This document shows, piece after piece, positions 12,132 to 24,430 of a stretch of DNA of 64,000 nucleotides. Numbering within the stretch: position 1 is the first letter of the stretch; every line of letters begins with the position of its first letter. Under the pieces are notes generated by a model that made no database searches, was not told where the DNA came from, and was given only the letters and a program-made list of their open reading frames with translations. This DNA is from Octopus vulgaris (taxonomy: Eukaryota). The stretch covers positions 11,718,001-11,782,000 of the forward strand of contig OX597827.1 in assembly GCA_951406725.2 (NCBI GenBank), given 5' to 3'. The position numbers and the translations under genes are program-made.

Positions 12132-12933
12132 TATTTATACACATGCTTACATGCACACATGCACATACATATACACACTTATGTATATTTACCACAATGT
12201 ACCACAATTTGGACAAGTACCATTTATCAACCTTGAGTTAACATGAATTTTACAAGTCAAATTTGGCGGAAAAGGAATCAAGTAGAAATCTGACAAAGAG
12301 ACCGATTCTGTTTTAGGGAGGAAAACTTAATTTGTTTAATCAGGTTTCTTTAACACCTTCACGTAATTCCTGAGTAACTTTTCTGGATTTCACTCTGATG
12401 CAAGCAATAAAATGCACACACACACACATATATATATATATTATGTTTTCAGATATGTGTGTGAATGTGGATGTGTGTGTGTGTATGTGTGGGTGTATAA
12501 ATCCTTAAAAAAAATGTTTTAGCTCGAAGGCCGCGGCCATGCTGGGGCACCACCGCTGTATATATACTCTTTACTCTTTTACTCTTTTACTTGTTTCAGT
12601 CATTTGACTGCGGCCATGCTGGAGCACCACCTTTAATCGAGCAACTCAACCCCGGGACTTATTCTTTGTAAGCCTAGCACTTATTCTATCGGTCTCTTTT
12701 GCCGAACCGCTAAGTGACGGGGACATAAACACACCAGCATCGGTTGTCAAGCAATGCTAGGGGGACAAGACTATTTGGTTTATCAAGAAGTTTTTTTTTT
12801 TTTGCTTTAACTCAGTTCAACAAAACCAAAAATTTTATTGAAATAAAGGCATGTTTAATTATTTTTTAATGAAAAGAAAACACTGATTGCTTTTTATTCA
12901 GTACCATCCATTGGATGGGGGAGCGTTTTCCTC

Positions 12934-12966
<33 letters not shown>

Positions 12967-13314
12967 ATTGTCATTTAATGTCTGCTTTCCATGCTGGCAT
13001 AGGTTGGACGGTTTTACTGAGAACTGACGAGCCAGGAGGCTGCACAAGGCTCCAATCTGATTTGTCAAGGTTTCTACAGCTGGATGCTCTTGCTAACACC
13101 AACCACTCCAAGAGTGTAGTGGGTGCATGGGAGCCAGTCAGGCAGCATTGGCATCAGCCATGCTTGAATGGTGCTTTTTACATGCCACCAGCACAGGTGC
13201 CAGTCATTTGTCACACACACACACACATATGTATGCATGTATGTAAGTGTGGTGAGTGTGTGTGCGTTTGTATGCATATATGCATACGTATGTGCATATA
13301 TAGATGTAGATATG

Positions 13315-13541
13315 TTTCTTTATTACCCACAAGGGGCTAAACACAGAGGGGACAAACAAGGACAGACAAACGAATTAAGTCGATTACATCGATCCCAGTG
13401 CGTAACTGGTACTTAATTTATCGACCCCGAAAGGATGAAAAGCAAAGTCGACCTCGGCAGAATTTGAACTCAGAACACAACAGCAGACGAAATAATGCTA
13501 CACTTTTTGCCCAGTGTGCTAACGGTTCTACCAGCTCGCCA
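13315..13541 (-). mobile_element. SINE family B monomer
   Basis: Reverse complement of the family B consensus. Confidence 0.85.
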
Positions 13542-14288
13542 GCTCTATCTATCTACATCTATATATAGATGTAGATACATACATATACAAACACACATTT
13601 TAATTGCACTTGACTTCAAAAACAGAGCTATAGGACATACAGTTCACAGGAAATGTAAACATGACATCTCCATTGTTTTCCCAGGTAGTTTCATACAAAA
13701 ACACACAGAAATGTCATTAGTCTCTCTCACACACACACACACACACATACACACGTGCACACACACACAGAATATTCCTACTTAAATTAAACAAAGCAAT
13801 TTCATTTCTTTAAAAATAGCCACAAACGATGTTCAATAGCAAGTAAATATACTTCTAAATGCATATTACTTCACTTTTAAACTATTTGTCTTTATTTATT
13901 GTTCTGTCAAATCAGTTTGAATAAAATTTGCATATTCAAATTACTTCTGCATTAATTATCACTAGAACAATTTTACGGTCACAATTGCTGCTTAATGGCA
14001 TATTGTTAATCTTGAGAATTAAGTAGAGCTCATATTTCTCCTTAGTTAAATGATACCATTATGTAGTCATTGTCTACTTGACTAGTTGTGAGTGTGTGGT
14101 ATGAAGCTTCCTTCCCAACCACATGGTTCTAGGTTCAATCCTACAGCAGGGGACCTTGGCTAAATGTCCTCTGCTCATCTAAAGCCTTGTGGGGGGGGGG
14201 GGGGCGGATTTGGTAGATGGAAACTGAAAGAAGAAGTTTGTTGTATGTGTGTGTGTTTGTGAATGTTGTCCTCCCACCACTTGACTGT

Positions 14289-14320
<32 letters not shown>

Positions 14321-14334
14321 ATGCACACACATCT

Positions 14335-14716
14335 TTTATCTTTTACTTGTTTCAGTCATTTGACTGTGGCCATGCTGGGGCACTGCCTTGAAGGGTTTTA
14401 GTCAAACAAATCGACTGCGGGACCTATATATTTAAGCTTAGTACTTCTCGCAGTCTCTTTTGCTGAACCACTAAGTTACGGGGACATAAACAAACCAACA
14501 CCAATTGTCAAGTACTGGTGGGGGACAAAGACACGTGCATAGGTGTATACATATATATGTATAAGCGACATGCTTCTTTCAGTTTCCATCTACCAAATCC
14601 ACTCACAAGATTTTGGTTGGTCTGAAGCTATAGTAGAAGATACTTTCCCAAGGCATCATACAGTAGGACTGAACCTGGAAACATGTGATTGGGAAACAAG
14701 CTTCTTACCACACAGC
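14335..14716 (-). mobile_element. SINE family A (diverged)
   Basis: Reverse complement of the family A consensus; an oppositely oriented partial copy lies at ~14090-14285. Confidence 0.8.
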
Positions 14717-14733
14717 TACTATATATCATATAA

Positions 14734-14774
<41 letters not shown>

Positions 14775-15359
14775 TGTGTGTGTGTATGTATATATATGCA
14801 TATATGTAAATATATGTATACATATATGTATAAGTATATATATATATTTATATGTATATATATGTGCATATATACATATATGCATAAATATTTATATTTA
14901 CATATATATGTGTGTGTTTATGTGTGTGTGCATGTATGTATTTTTATACACATATATATATATATATATTCATGCATGCATGCATACATACATACATGTA
15001 TGTATGTATGTATGTATGTATGTATGTATGTATGTATGTGTGTGTGTGTGTGTATATATATATGTATGTATGTATGCATTCAGATTTGAATGTTTTGCTT
15101 TATGTATGTGTTCTCATACATATAACTACATATCTAGACATGCTCATATATACTTAAATGATAAACCTTTGGAAAGTTTTACAGACTTTCACGTATATCG
15201 TCATCATTTCTCATCCAATTTTTCATGCTGTTATCAGAATAAATCAGTTTTTAATGGGGGTCACTGACCACCTAGACATGCTCTTTTAGTTTAGCATTTT
15301 TTCTCAGTGGCTGGATGCCCTTTCTATCAATGACCACCATACTGAAGGTATGTTTGTGA

Positions 15360-15569
15360 ACTGGCAGAAACGTTAGCACGCCGGGCAAAATGTTTAGCGG
15401 TATTTCGTCTGCCCTCTACGTTTTGAGTTCAAATTTCGCCGAGGTCGAATTTGCCTTTCATCCTTTCGGGGTCGATTAAATAAGTACCAGTTACGCACTG
15501 GGGTCGATATAATCGATTTAATCCGTTTGTCCTCTCTGTGTTTAGCCCCTTGTGGGTAGTAAAGAAATA
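15360..15569 (+). mobile_element. SINE family B monomer
   Basis: TSD GGTATGT(T/C)TGTGA at 15347-15359 and 15570-15582. Confidence 0.9.
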
Positions 15570-16272
15570 GGTATGTCTGTGATTTATTATTGCACCAGCA
15601 CCAGAATGCTTGCCATGTTCCACCACATGATTCCTTTCTCTTCAACATTGGTCAAATGTTTCATAGAAGGAAGCCCCAAAATGTGTTTTATCACAAGGTC
15701 AGATTTGACGAATTCCTTTTGCCTCTGCTAAGACTAAATAAAGGGTCATCTTTACCCTGTATTATCTCCATTTGTTTGTTCGTTAGCAGCAAAGTGTTGT
15801 CTTGGCTTTGGCACATAGAAGAGAGAGAGAGAGCAATTAATGAGAACCAGCGGAAGCGAGTTAGAGTGGAGAGAAAATAGAAGAAGAGAGAAATAGAAAG
15901 AGAGAGAGAGAGAGAGAGAGCGGGGGGAGATGGTCAGCTAGCAGATAATTATAATTGTTGGTAACAGTTTGATTTGAAACGGTCTAAGTGATGGGATAGA
16001 AAGGAAACAAAGTGACAGAAGAGGGAACATTTGAAGTGTAATAGTGCTATAAGAGAGGGAGAGAGAGAGAGAGAGAGAGTGTATGCTAAAAAAGATGAAG
16101 AGAGAAAGAGGGAGATAGGGTGTATGCCAAAAGAGAATAGAGAGAGAGAAAAAGAGAAAGAGAGAGAGAAAGAGTGAGAGACAGTGTGATAGATGTCGGC
16201 ATTGAGTAATACAGAAGGGAATAATGGAAACAAGAGAAATGAATGTAGGTTGGTGCTGGTAACTCAGTAAGA

Positions 16273-16434
16273 GCAGGAGTGGCTGTGTGGTAAGTAGCTT
16301 GCTTACCAACCACATGGTTCCGGGTTCAGTCCCACTGCGTGGCACCTTGGGCAAGTGTCTTCTACTATAGCCTCGGGCCGACCAAAGCCTTGTGAGTGGA
16401 TTTGGTAGACGAAAACTGAAAGAAGCCCGTCGTA

Positions 16435-16495
<61 letters not shown>

Positions 16496-16710
16496 TTGTG
16501 TGCCTGTGTTTGTCCCCCTAGCATTACTTGACGACCGATGCTGGTGTGTTTACGTCCCCGTTACTTAGCGGTTCGGCAAAAGAGACCGATAGAATAAGTA
16601 CTGGGCTTACAAAAAGAATAAGTCCCGGGTTTGAGTTGCTCGATTAAAGGCGGTGCTCCAGCATGGCTGAAGCCAAATGACTGAAACAAGTAAAAGAGTA
16701 AAAGAGTAAG
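16273..16710 (+). mobile_element. SINE family A, full length
   Basis: Close to consensus from head to tail. Confidence 0.9.
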
Positions 16711-17012
16711 AGTGATAGATATCACTATGCAATGTTGAAGGGAGGTAGACAGCTGTGGGCATCCTTTCATAAGCAATAAAACCCTTAGTTAGAGGCAAAA
16801 AATAATCTTTGGTCACTTTGGTCTTTCTTTGTTACTGCATATTTAACTATAGATACCAAAAGGGTGGATTCTCTGTCACACATGCACACAAGATACAAGC
16901 AATATGCTACAATAGTCTTATGATGTACAGATGTCTCAAATGAGTCAGCTATCATCTGACAAAATAAAGCACACTTCATACTAATATATTCCTACACAAA
17001 TATATATATATA

Positions 17013-17243
17013 TATTTCTTTACTACCTACAAGGGGCTAAACATAGAGGGGACAAACAAGGACAGACAAAGGGATTAAGTCGATTACATCGACCCCAGTG
17101 CGTAACTGGCACTTAATTTATCGACCCCGAAAGGATGACAGGCAAAGTCGACCTCGGCGGAATTTGAACTCGGAACATAACGACAGACGAAATACTGCTA
17201 CGAATTTCGCCCGGCGTGCTAACGATTCTACCAGCTCGCCGCC
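17013..17243 (-). mobile_element. SINE family B monomer in (TA)n
   Basis: Reverse complement of the family B consensus, flanked by TA repeats. Confidence 0.85.
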
Positions 17244-17436
17244 TATATATATATGTTTGTCTGTCTCTCTCCCTCTCCACACACACACACACACACGCAC
17301 ACACACACACACACACATATATACACACAAAAGCACATGTGTTTGTGTGGAATGTTCAATCCCCCGCACACTGATTCAATGAGCAGGTAATTCAGTTGAT
17401 TGAACAACTGAATCCTTGTTGAAACCAACTGGAAAC

Positions 17437-17474
<38 letters not shown>

Positions 17475-17649
17475 TAGATAGATAAATAGATAGATAGATA
17501 TGTATGTATATATATATATGCAGTGTATATGTATGTATATACACATACATTTACATATACACATATACATATAAATGCATGTGCATGCACATATATATGC
17601 ACGTATCTATACATATATACATATATATATGTGTATGTATATATATACA

Positions 17650-17717
<68 letters not shown>

Positions 17718-17722
17718 CATGC

Positions 17723-17761
<39 letters not shown>

Positions 17762-17778
17762 TACATATATATATATGA

Positions 17779-17809
<31 letters not shown>

Positions 17810-18628
17810 TATATATTTATATATGTACTTATATATATATTACATGTATGTATGCTCACACACATACACATACTTACATAGGTTTCTTTTGTTTTTTTTT
17901 GTTTTTGCTTTTTTTCCCCTCCCATTCTGGGCACACACTAAATTTTTAATTCATGATTCCCAAAAGCAATGAATGTGATGAAGTCATCTCAAATGTTGAA
18001 CTTCAAGAACTGTTTATACTTCTATATTTTTCACTGGAATTTAATTTCACTCCAGATTCATTGTTTACTTTTGGCATCACGCCGCATTACATTCATCATA
18101 ATTTTACCATTATTCCTACTTGCTCACTGATCCATTCTTCTATACAGCAATTTCCAAATTCAAATAACTATTATATAAAAATCTATTTTTTTCTTTAATC
18201 ACTTACGCTATTTTTCCTTTTTAATGCTTTTAATGTTTCTTTTTTTCCTCTCTTTTTTTTTTTAATATTTATTTTATTCTTATTATATTGTCTATCATAT
18301 AATTCCATACATATACCAGCCTGCCCTTTGCTATCTAATTTTACACAAATATAATTTTTCATTTCTTTTGCTTGTCTTACAAGATGTTTTTGCATTGTGT
18401 ATTGAATAAAACATACTTATTATGCTCGACCAATTGAATTAAGAATAATAATTTCAGTTGCAGAAAAAAAACGTTTCTGAAATATTCCACAATATTCTAA
18501 AAATTTATATCATTTTCACAGTGAGGAAATTGTTAAGAGTGTGTTCATATTCTAAAATTCCTATATCTTCTTCATATCTATAACTATCACTCACAAGTGA
18601 GTATGACCTGGTGGTATGCACCATGCTA

Positions 18629-19598
18629 AGGTGGCAAGCTGGCAGAATTGTTAGCACACCAGGTGAAATGCTTAGCGGTATTTCGTCTGCCGTTACATTC
18701 TGAGTTCAAATTCCGCCGAGGTCGACTTTGCCTTTCATCCTTTCGGGGTCGATTAATTAAGTACCAGTTACGCACTAGGATCGATATAATCAACTTAATC
18801 CGTTTGTCTGTCCTTGTTTGTCCCCTCTGTGTTTAGCCCCCTGTGGGCAGTAAAGAAATAGGTATTTCGTCTGCCGTTACGTTCTGAGTTCAAATTCCGC
18901 TGAGGTCGACTTTGCCTTTCATCCTTTCGGGGTCGATAAATTAAGTATCAGTTACACACTGGGGTCGATATAATCGACTTAATACGTTTGTCTGTCCTTG
19001 TTTGTCCCCTCTGTGTTTAGCCCCTTGTGGGTAGTAAAGAAATAGGTATTTCGTCTGCCGTTACGTTCTGAGTTCAAATTCCGCTGAGGTCGACTTTGCC
19101 TTTCATCCTTTCGGGGTCGATAAATTAAGTATCAGTTACACACTGGGGTCGATATAATCGACTTAATACGTTTGTCTGTCCTTGTTTGTCCCCTCTGTGT
19201 TTAGCCCCTTGTGGGTAGTAAAGAAATAGGTATTTCGTCTGCTGTTACGTTCTGAGTTCAAATTCCGCTGAGGTCAACTTTGCCTTTCATCCTTTCGGGG
19301 TCGATAAATTAAGTACCAGTTATGCACTGGGGTCGATGTAATCGACTTAATACCTATGTCTGTCCTTGTTTGTCCCCTCTGTGTTTAGCCCCTTGTGGGT
19401 AATAAAGAAATAGGTATTTCGTCTGCCGTTATGTTCTGAGTTCAAATTCCGCTGAGGTCAACTTTGCCTTTCATCCTTTCGGAGTCGATAAATTAAGTAC
19501 CAGTTATGCACTGGGGGGTCGATATAATCGACTTAATCCGTTTGTCTGTCCTTGTTTGTCCCCGCTATGTTTAGCCCCTTGTGGGTAGTAAAGAAATA
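18629..19598 (+). mobile_element. SINE family B pentamer (one head plus five 184-bp units)
   Basis: GGTATTTCGTCTG at ~18677, 18861, 19045, 19229 and 19413; a single 15-bp TSD GGTATGCACCATGCT at 18613-18627 and 19599-19613. Confidence 0.92.
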
Positions 19599-19757
19599 GG
19601 TATGCACCATGCTTTCATTATTTGTTTTAGATGTCTATGTAGTCACAAGCAAGCATAGATGCACTCCTGACCCCTCCAGTAAAACTTTGAGGATGTGATA
19701 AATGCAGAAAAAGAGAGGGGAGAGAGGGGAGAGAGGGGGAGAGAGGCAGTGAGAGAG

Positions 19758-19797
<40 letters not shown>

Positions 19798-19809
19798 TGC
19801 ACTTACGAC

Positions 19810-19904
19810 TGCTGGTACTCATTTACAGCTGATTAGACTGGAATACCATGAAATGAGCTGCCTTGTTCTTGGACATAACAAGCTATCTAGTCCAGGAATT
19901 TAAT

Positions 19905-19950
<46 letters not shown>

Positions 19951-20327
19951 GTATGCTGAAAATGATGGAAGAGTGCAAGAGAGAGCATGATAGGTGTCAA
20001 CGTTTGAGTAATACAGGAGGGAATATTGCAAACATGAAATGAGTTACTTTGCTCTCGGACATAACATACGCTCTGCTCCAGGTATCAAGGGAGAGAGACA
20101 GACAGAAGGTATATGCCAAAAGAGATGAGAGAGCAAAAGAGAGGGGGGAGAGAGGGGGAGAGAGAGGGCTGGGGCATAAGCTGAAAGTGATGAGAGAGAA
20201 CAAGGGAGATAAGGTGATAGGTGTCAACAGGAGGGATAAGGCAAACATGAAACAAGTTGCCCTGGTCTACAACGTAACAAGCTTGTCTGCTCCAGGAATC
20301 AAGAGAGAGAGAGAGAGAGAGTGAGAA

Positions 20328-20358
<31 letters not shown>

Positions 20359-20615
20359 GAGAGAGACAGACAGACAGATGGTATATGCCAAAAGAGATGA
20401 GAGAGAGAATGAGAGGGGGAGAGAGAGAGGGCTGGGGCATATGCTGAAAGAGATGAGAGAGAGAGCAAGAGAGATAGTGTGATAGGCTTCACCAGCAGGG
20501 GATAAGGAAAACATGAAACAAGTTGCCCTGCTCTACGACATAACATGCTGTCTGCTCCAGGAATTGAATCCATTCCTTTTTGAACTTGGGCTCAACACTC
20601 TAACCACTCACCAGA
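19810..20615 (-). repeat. Old SINE-like element broken by a diverged tandem repeat with GA tracts
   Basis: Segment ATGAAA..GTTGCCCTG..ACATAACA..CTGTCTGCTCCAGGAAT occurs four times (~19848, 20033, 20246, 20513), separated by GA-rich spacers; a tRNA-like head in reverse orientation lies at ~20560-20612. Confidence 0.6.
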
Positions 20616-21240
20616 AATGCAATGCAAAATATTAGATTCAACACAGAGAAAATTAGAATTAATGATATTCATTCTTTTGTTTGTAAGCAGGCTCTTGAGA
20701 TTTAAATCAAACAGATTGCCTTTCGTTAGAAATAGATGGAAGTGAGGTAAATTTGCCATAAGCTTCTGTCTGTTCATAATTTTGCTTTACCCAACCAAAA
20801 CTTCTCATCTAATGTAGTATGTAATATTCCTTTATTCCTTTACTCCTCTATTCTTTTATTCCTTAACTTAACCAGTTGTTGGATTGAAACCATGCCGGAA
20901 CTCTGCATTGAAGGGTTTAGCCAATTAAATCAACGACTGTGTTTACCTTTTGATGTCAGGTGCTTGTTTTATTGTTCTCTTTTCTTGAATATCTAAGTTA
21001 CAGGGATGTTATCAAAACAACACCAGTTGTCAAGTGGTGTGCGAGGCAAACACAAAGATATGCATACTCACACACACATATATACATGCAAACATATGCA
21101 CAGATATATATATACATATTCATATATGAGTATGTGTGTGTTTGTGTGTGCATATATATATATGACTGGCTTCTACACAGGTTCCTTCTACCAGATTTAC
21201 TCACAGGGTATTGTTTGGCCTGGAGCAATAATAAAATAAT

Positions 21241-21281
<41 letters not shown>

Positions 21282-21292
21282 CATACATATAT

Positions 21293-21359
<67 letters not shown>

Positions 21360-21392
21360 CATATATGCATATATGCATATATATATATATAT

Positions 21393-21680
21393 AAAGTTAA
21401 TCCTAACATGAAAACACAACAACGCGAGGACGTGGAACAAATATACTGTTATTGGACGCTCAGGAAAGGAAAGAAAGAAGGAGGATTTAACGTTCATTTC
21501 GAGCGGAACTCTTCATCAGAAACATAGAAAAAGGAAAGATCCAAGGAAGGGAAGACGGAGGGCAAAAAAAAACCCCAATGATACACACGTGGTCACATAT
21601 TGAATGACCAGAAGGGAGTGAGTGAACAAAAAGTTCTTTCAAAGACAATAGAGTGGATGAGACAGGAGAGTGCAAATTAT
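21393..21680 (-). mobile_element. Short Penelope-like element (family H1) with hammerhead motif at 21486-21522
   Basis: Minus strand reads ttt-CTGATGA-agagttccgctc-GAAATGAAC-GTT-aaa; the downstream CCTGAGCGT motif is shared with other H1 copies; flanked by (TA)n. Confidence 0.6.
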
Positions 21681-21864
21681 ATATATATACATATATTCCA
21701 TACATACATACATGCATATATATATATATATATCCTCACTATTATCATCATGTAATGTCCATTTTCCATGTTGGCATGAGTTAGAAAGTTTGACAGGAGC
21801 TGGCAAGCTTGAGAGCTACACCAGGTTCTAATTGTCTGCTTTGGCATGGTTTCTATGGCTAGTC

Positions 21865-22897
21865 ATCAGTATGGATAGTGCATCAGCTTGTGCCATACTT
21901 AACGATTGGTGAAGCAACATTATAGTCAGCTCTTACAAAGGTGTATGAGAGGCTTTAGATAGAATTAAGAGTCTAGGATATTTGTTTCCCCCATGGATAA
22001 TAATGCCCCCACCAAGGACAATTTCCCATGCGGACAACAGATGATGATTTAAAACAGGGGGTAATTAAACAAAGGGGTGGTGTAATTGTCCTAGGGAATT
22101 GTTGTCATCAGGAGGAATTGTCCTATAGGGAGGAATTGTCTTCAGTGGATAATTGTCCTGATATGAGAATTAGAGAAATATCAAGTGATTGGGGCCAAGT
22201 CATTAAAATAATACAGAGAATGTTACAACCCAATTAATTAGAAACAGAATAAGATTTGATGAGATGCAATTTGTTTTTGTGCTGAGAAGTACTACTGATG
22301 CTCTTTTGTTAATAAGACAGTAGCATGAAAAGTATTTAGCATTTGTTGACTTGGAGAAAGCCTTTGACAGAGACCTCGTTTCATGATCTGATGGCATCTA
22401 AGAAAGCTAGTGGTAGATGAATGGCTTGTGGAAACCTTACAAACCATGTATGAGGATATTGTCAGGAAGGAGTTAACCATAATTACAGCAATGAATTTAG
22501 TATACATGTAGGATTCACCAAGGTTCACTTCTCAGTCTCCTCTTTTTCGTCATTGTTCTCCAGACTTCAACAGAGAAATTTAAGGCAAACTGTCCATGGG
22601 AAAATGATCTCATTTTCATGCTGAACTCTATGAATTAGAAAAGAAATTCTGAGTCTGTAAATAAAATCCGAAATCAAAGGACCTTGAAGTTAACTTAGCA
22701 AAGATTCAAGTTCTAGTCAGAAGGGAAACAGTCAGGATTCTACTCATCCTGGGTAAATAGGCCTGCTTGAAAGATATAGGCAAGAATTCCATTTGGCATA
22801 CCCAGTGCAAACTCTGGACATGCAAGAAATGCAGTAGAATTACAGGAAGGTTAATGAGAAAAGAAGTGTTTGCATGTGGAAGATGTACAGGAGCCAA
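21865..22897 (+). mobile_element. Degenerate RTE LINE reverse-transcriptase remnant
   Basis: Frameshifted pieces NDW..IIVSSYKG, FDEMQF, STTDAL, AFVDLEKAFDR, LRKLVVDEWLVE, GFTKVH/LSLLFFVIVLQ; interrupted at ~21970-22165 by a small element with GGAATTGTCC subrepeats. Confidence 0.8.
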
Positions 22898-24359
22898 AGT
22901 TTACTTGTTACATTTTTAGGGTCAACAAAATACTCCAGCACAGTACTTGTGCAGATTTCTTCCCCCATCGCTTAGTTGTCACATCCTGGGTGTTTTACTA
23001 AGTCGAAGATAGACAGTTCAAGGAAGTGCCTGTATCTGTTTTTGACAATATGGGCACCGAAAACTATAAGCAAAAATGATAGCTACATTCTGATATCAAA
23101 TCATTCTTGACTGCAAAGCCACAGCCATAAATTCCTCCTTTCTTCTTTTCATCATAGATACTCCTAAAAAAATGGATAGAATGGTCACACGGCTAATGTT
23201 ATTAATCACAAATCTGCTCAGCCAGAGCGAATGTGGAACTAAAAACTACAACGACAACAACAACTGCAACAACAAAATTGATTAGCTATATAACTAGGCA
23301 TTAAAATAGAAGGTTGAGTTATTTGGTGCTGACCTTTGATCTAGAGTAATATGTGTATGCATGTGTGTGTGTGTGTGTATGTGTGTGTGTGTGTCATTGT
23401 TGATGTTGTTGTTGTTGTTATGCAGCAGTTCTAACTTGCTGCAGTTGTTTAAAAAAGAACATCAATAACATTAGTTGCATTAGTCTTAGATATCCTGTGA
23501 AGACCGTGGCCATAGACATCTCCCTCCAGACCAGGCCTGACTATTAAAAAAAAAAAAATCTTTTCTTTTAAATTATGAATATATCACACAATCTTGTTTA
23601 TTCTCTCTGTGATTCTAATGTTTTGTGAATATTTAAGAAATGATTATAATATATATATATATATATATAAAAAAAAGTAATAATAATAAAACTAAACTAC
23701 CACCATACCAATTACTGCATATTGTTCACAACATAATTTTTTTTTTTATGGCAGGCTATAAATGTGTGTGTGTGTGTGTGCGTGTGTATGCGTATGCATG
23801 TATGTATGTGTGTATGCGTGTGAATGAGTACATACATACATTCATAAATACATACATACATACATTAATAAATACATACATACATACATACATACATACA
23901 TCTATATGTGTGTTTATATATGTGTGTGTGTGTGTGTGTGTACATATATATGCTTATGTGTATACATGTACATCGATATATTGTCGTGTATGTGTGTGTG
24001 AGTGTGATATATCTAATATCATATATATATATATGAATATATATCATGTATCATGCAAGCCTTATGTGATATTGTTTATAATTATTTGTCCATATATTGA
24101 AGGCAAATAAATGACTCTGGAAATGAAGAAAAGATGAAAGAGAACATGCAAGGGGCAGAAGAATGAAATAAATAATATCAGGAATCTGATTGGAAGACTG
24201 AAAGAGAGAATTCTTATGAAATGTAATGATGTATATCTGTGTATGAAAGACAATAGAGCCAGGGAGGCCAGAGAGAGAGAGAGAGAGAGACAGAAACACA
24301 AAGAGGGAGAAAGAAAGGAGAAAGAGAGAAAGAAAAAAAGGAGAAAGAGAGAGACTGAA

Positions 24360-24397
<38 letters not shown>

Positions 24398-24430
24398 GCA
24401 TCTCAAAGATCAAAGAGATTCTGTATTTAC

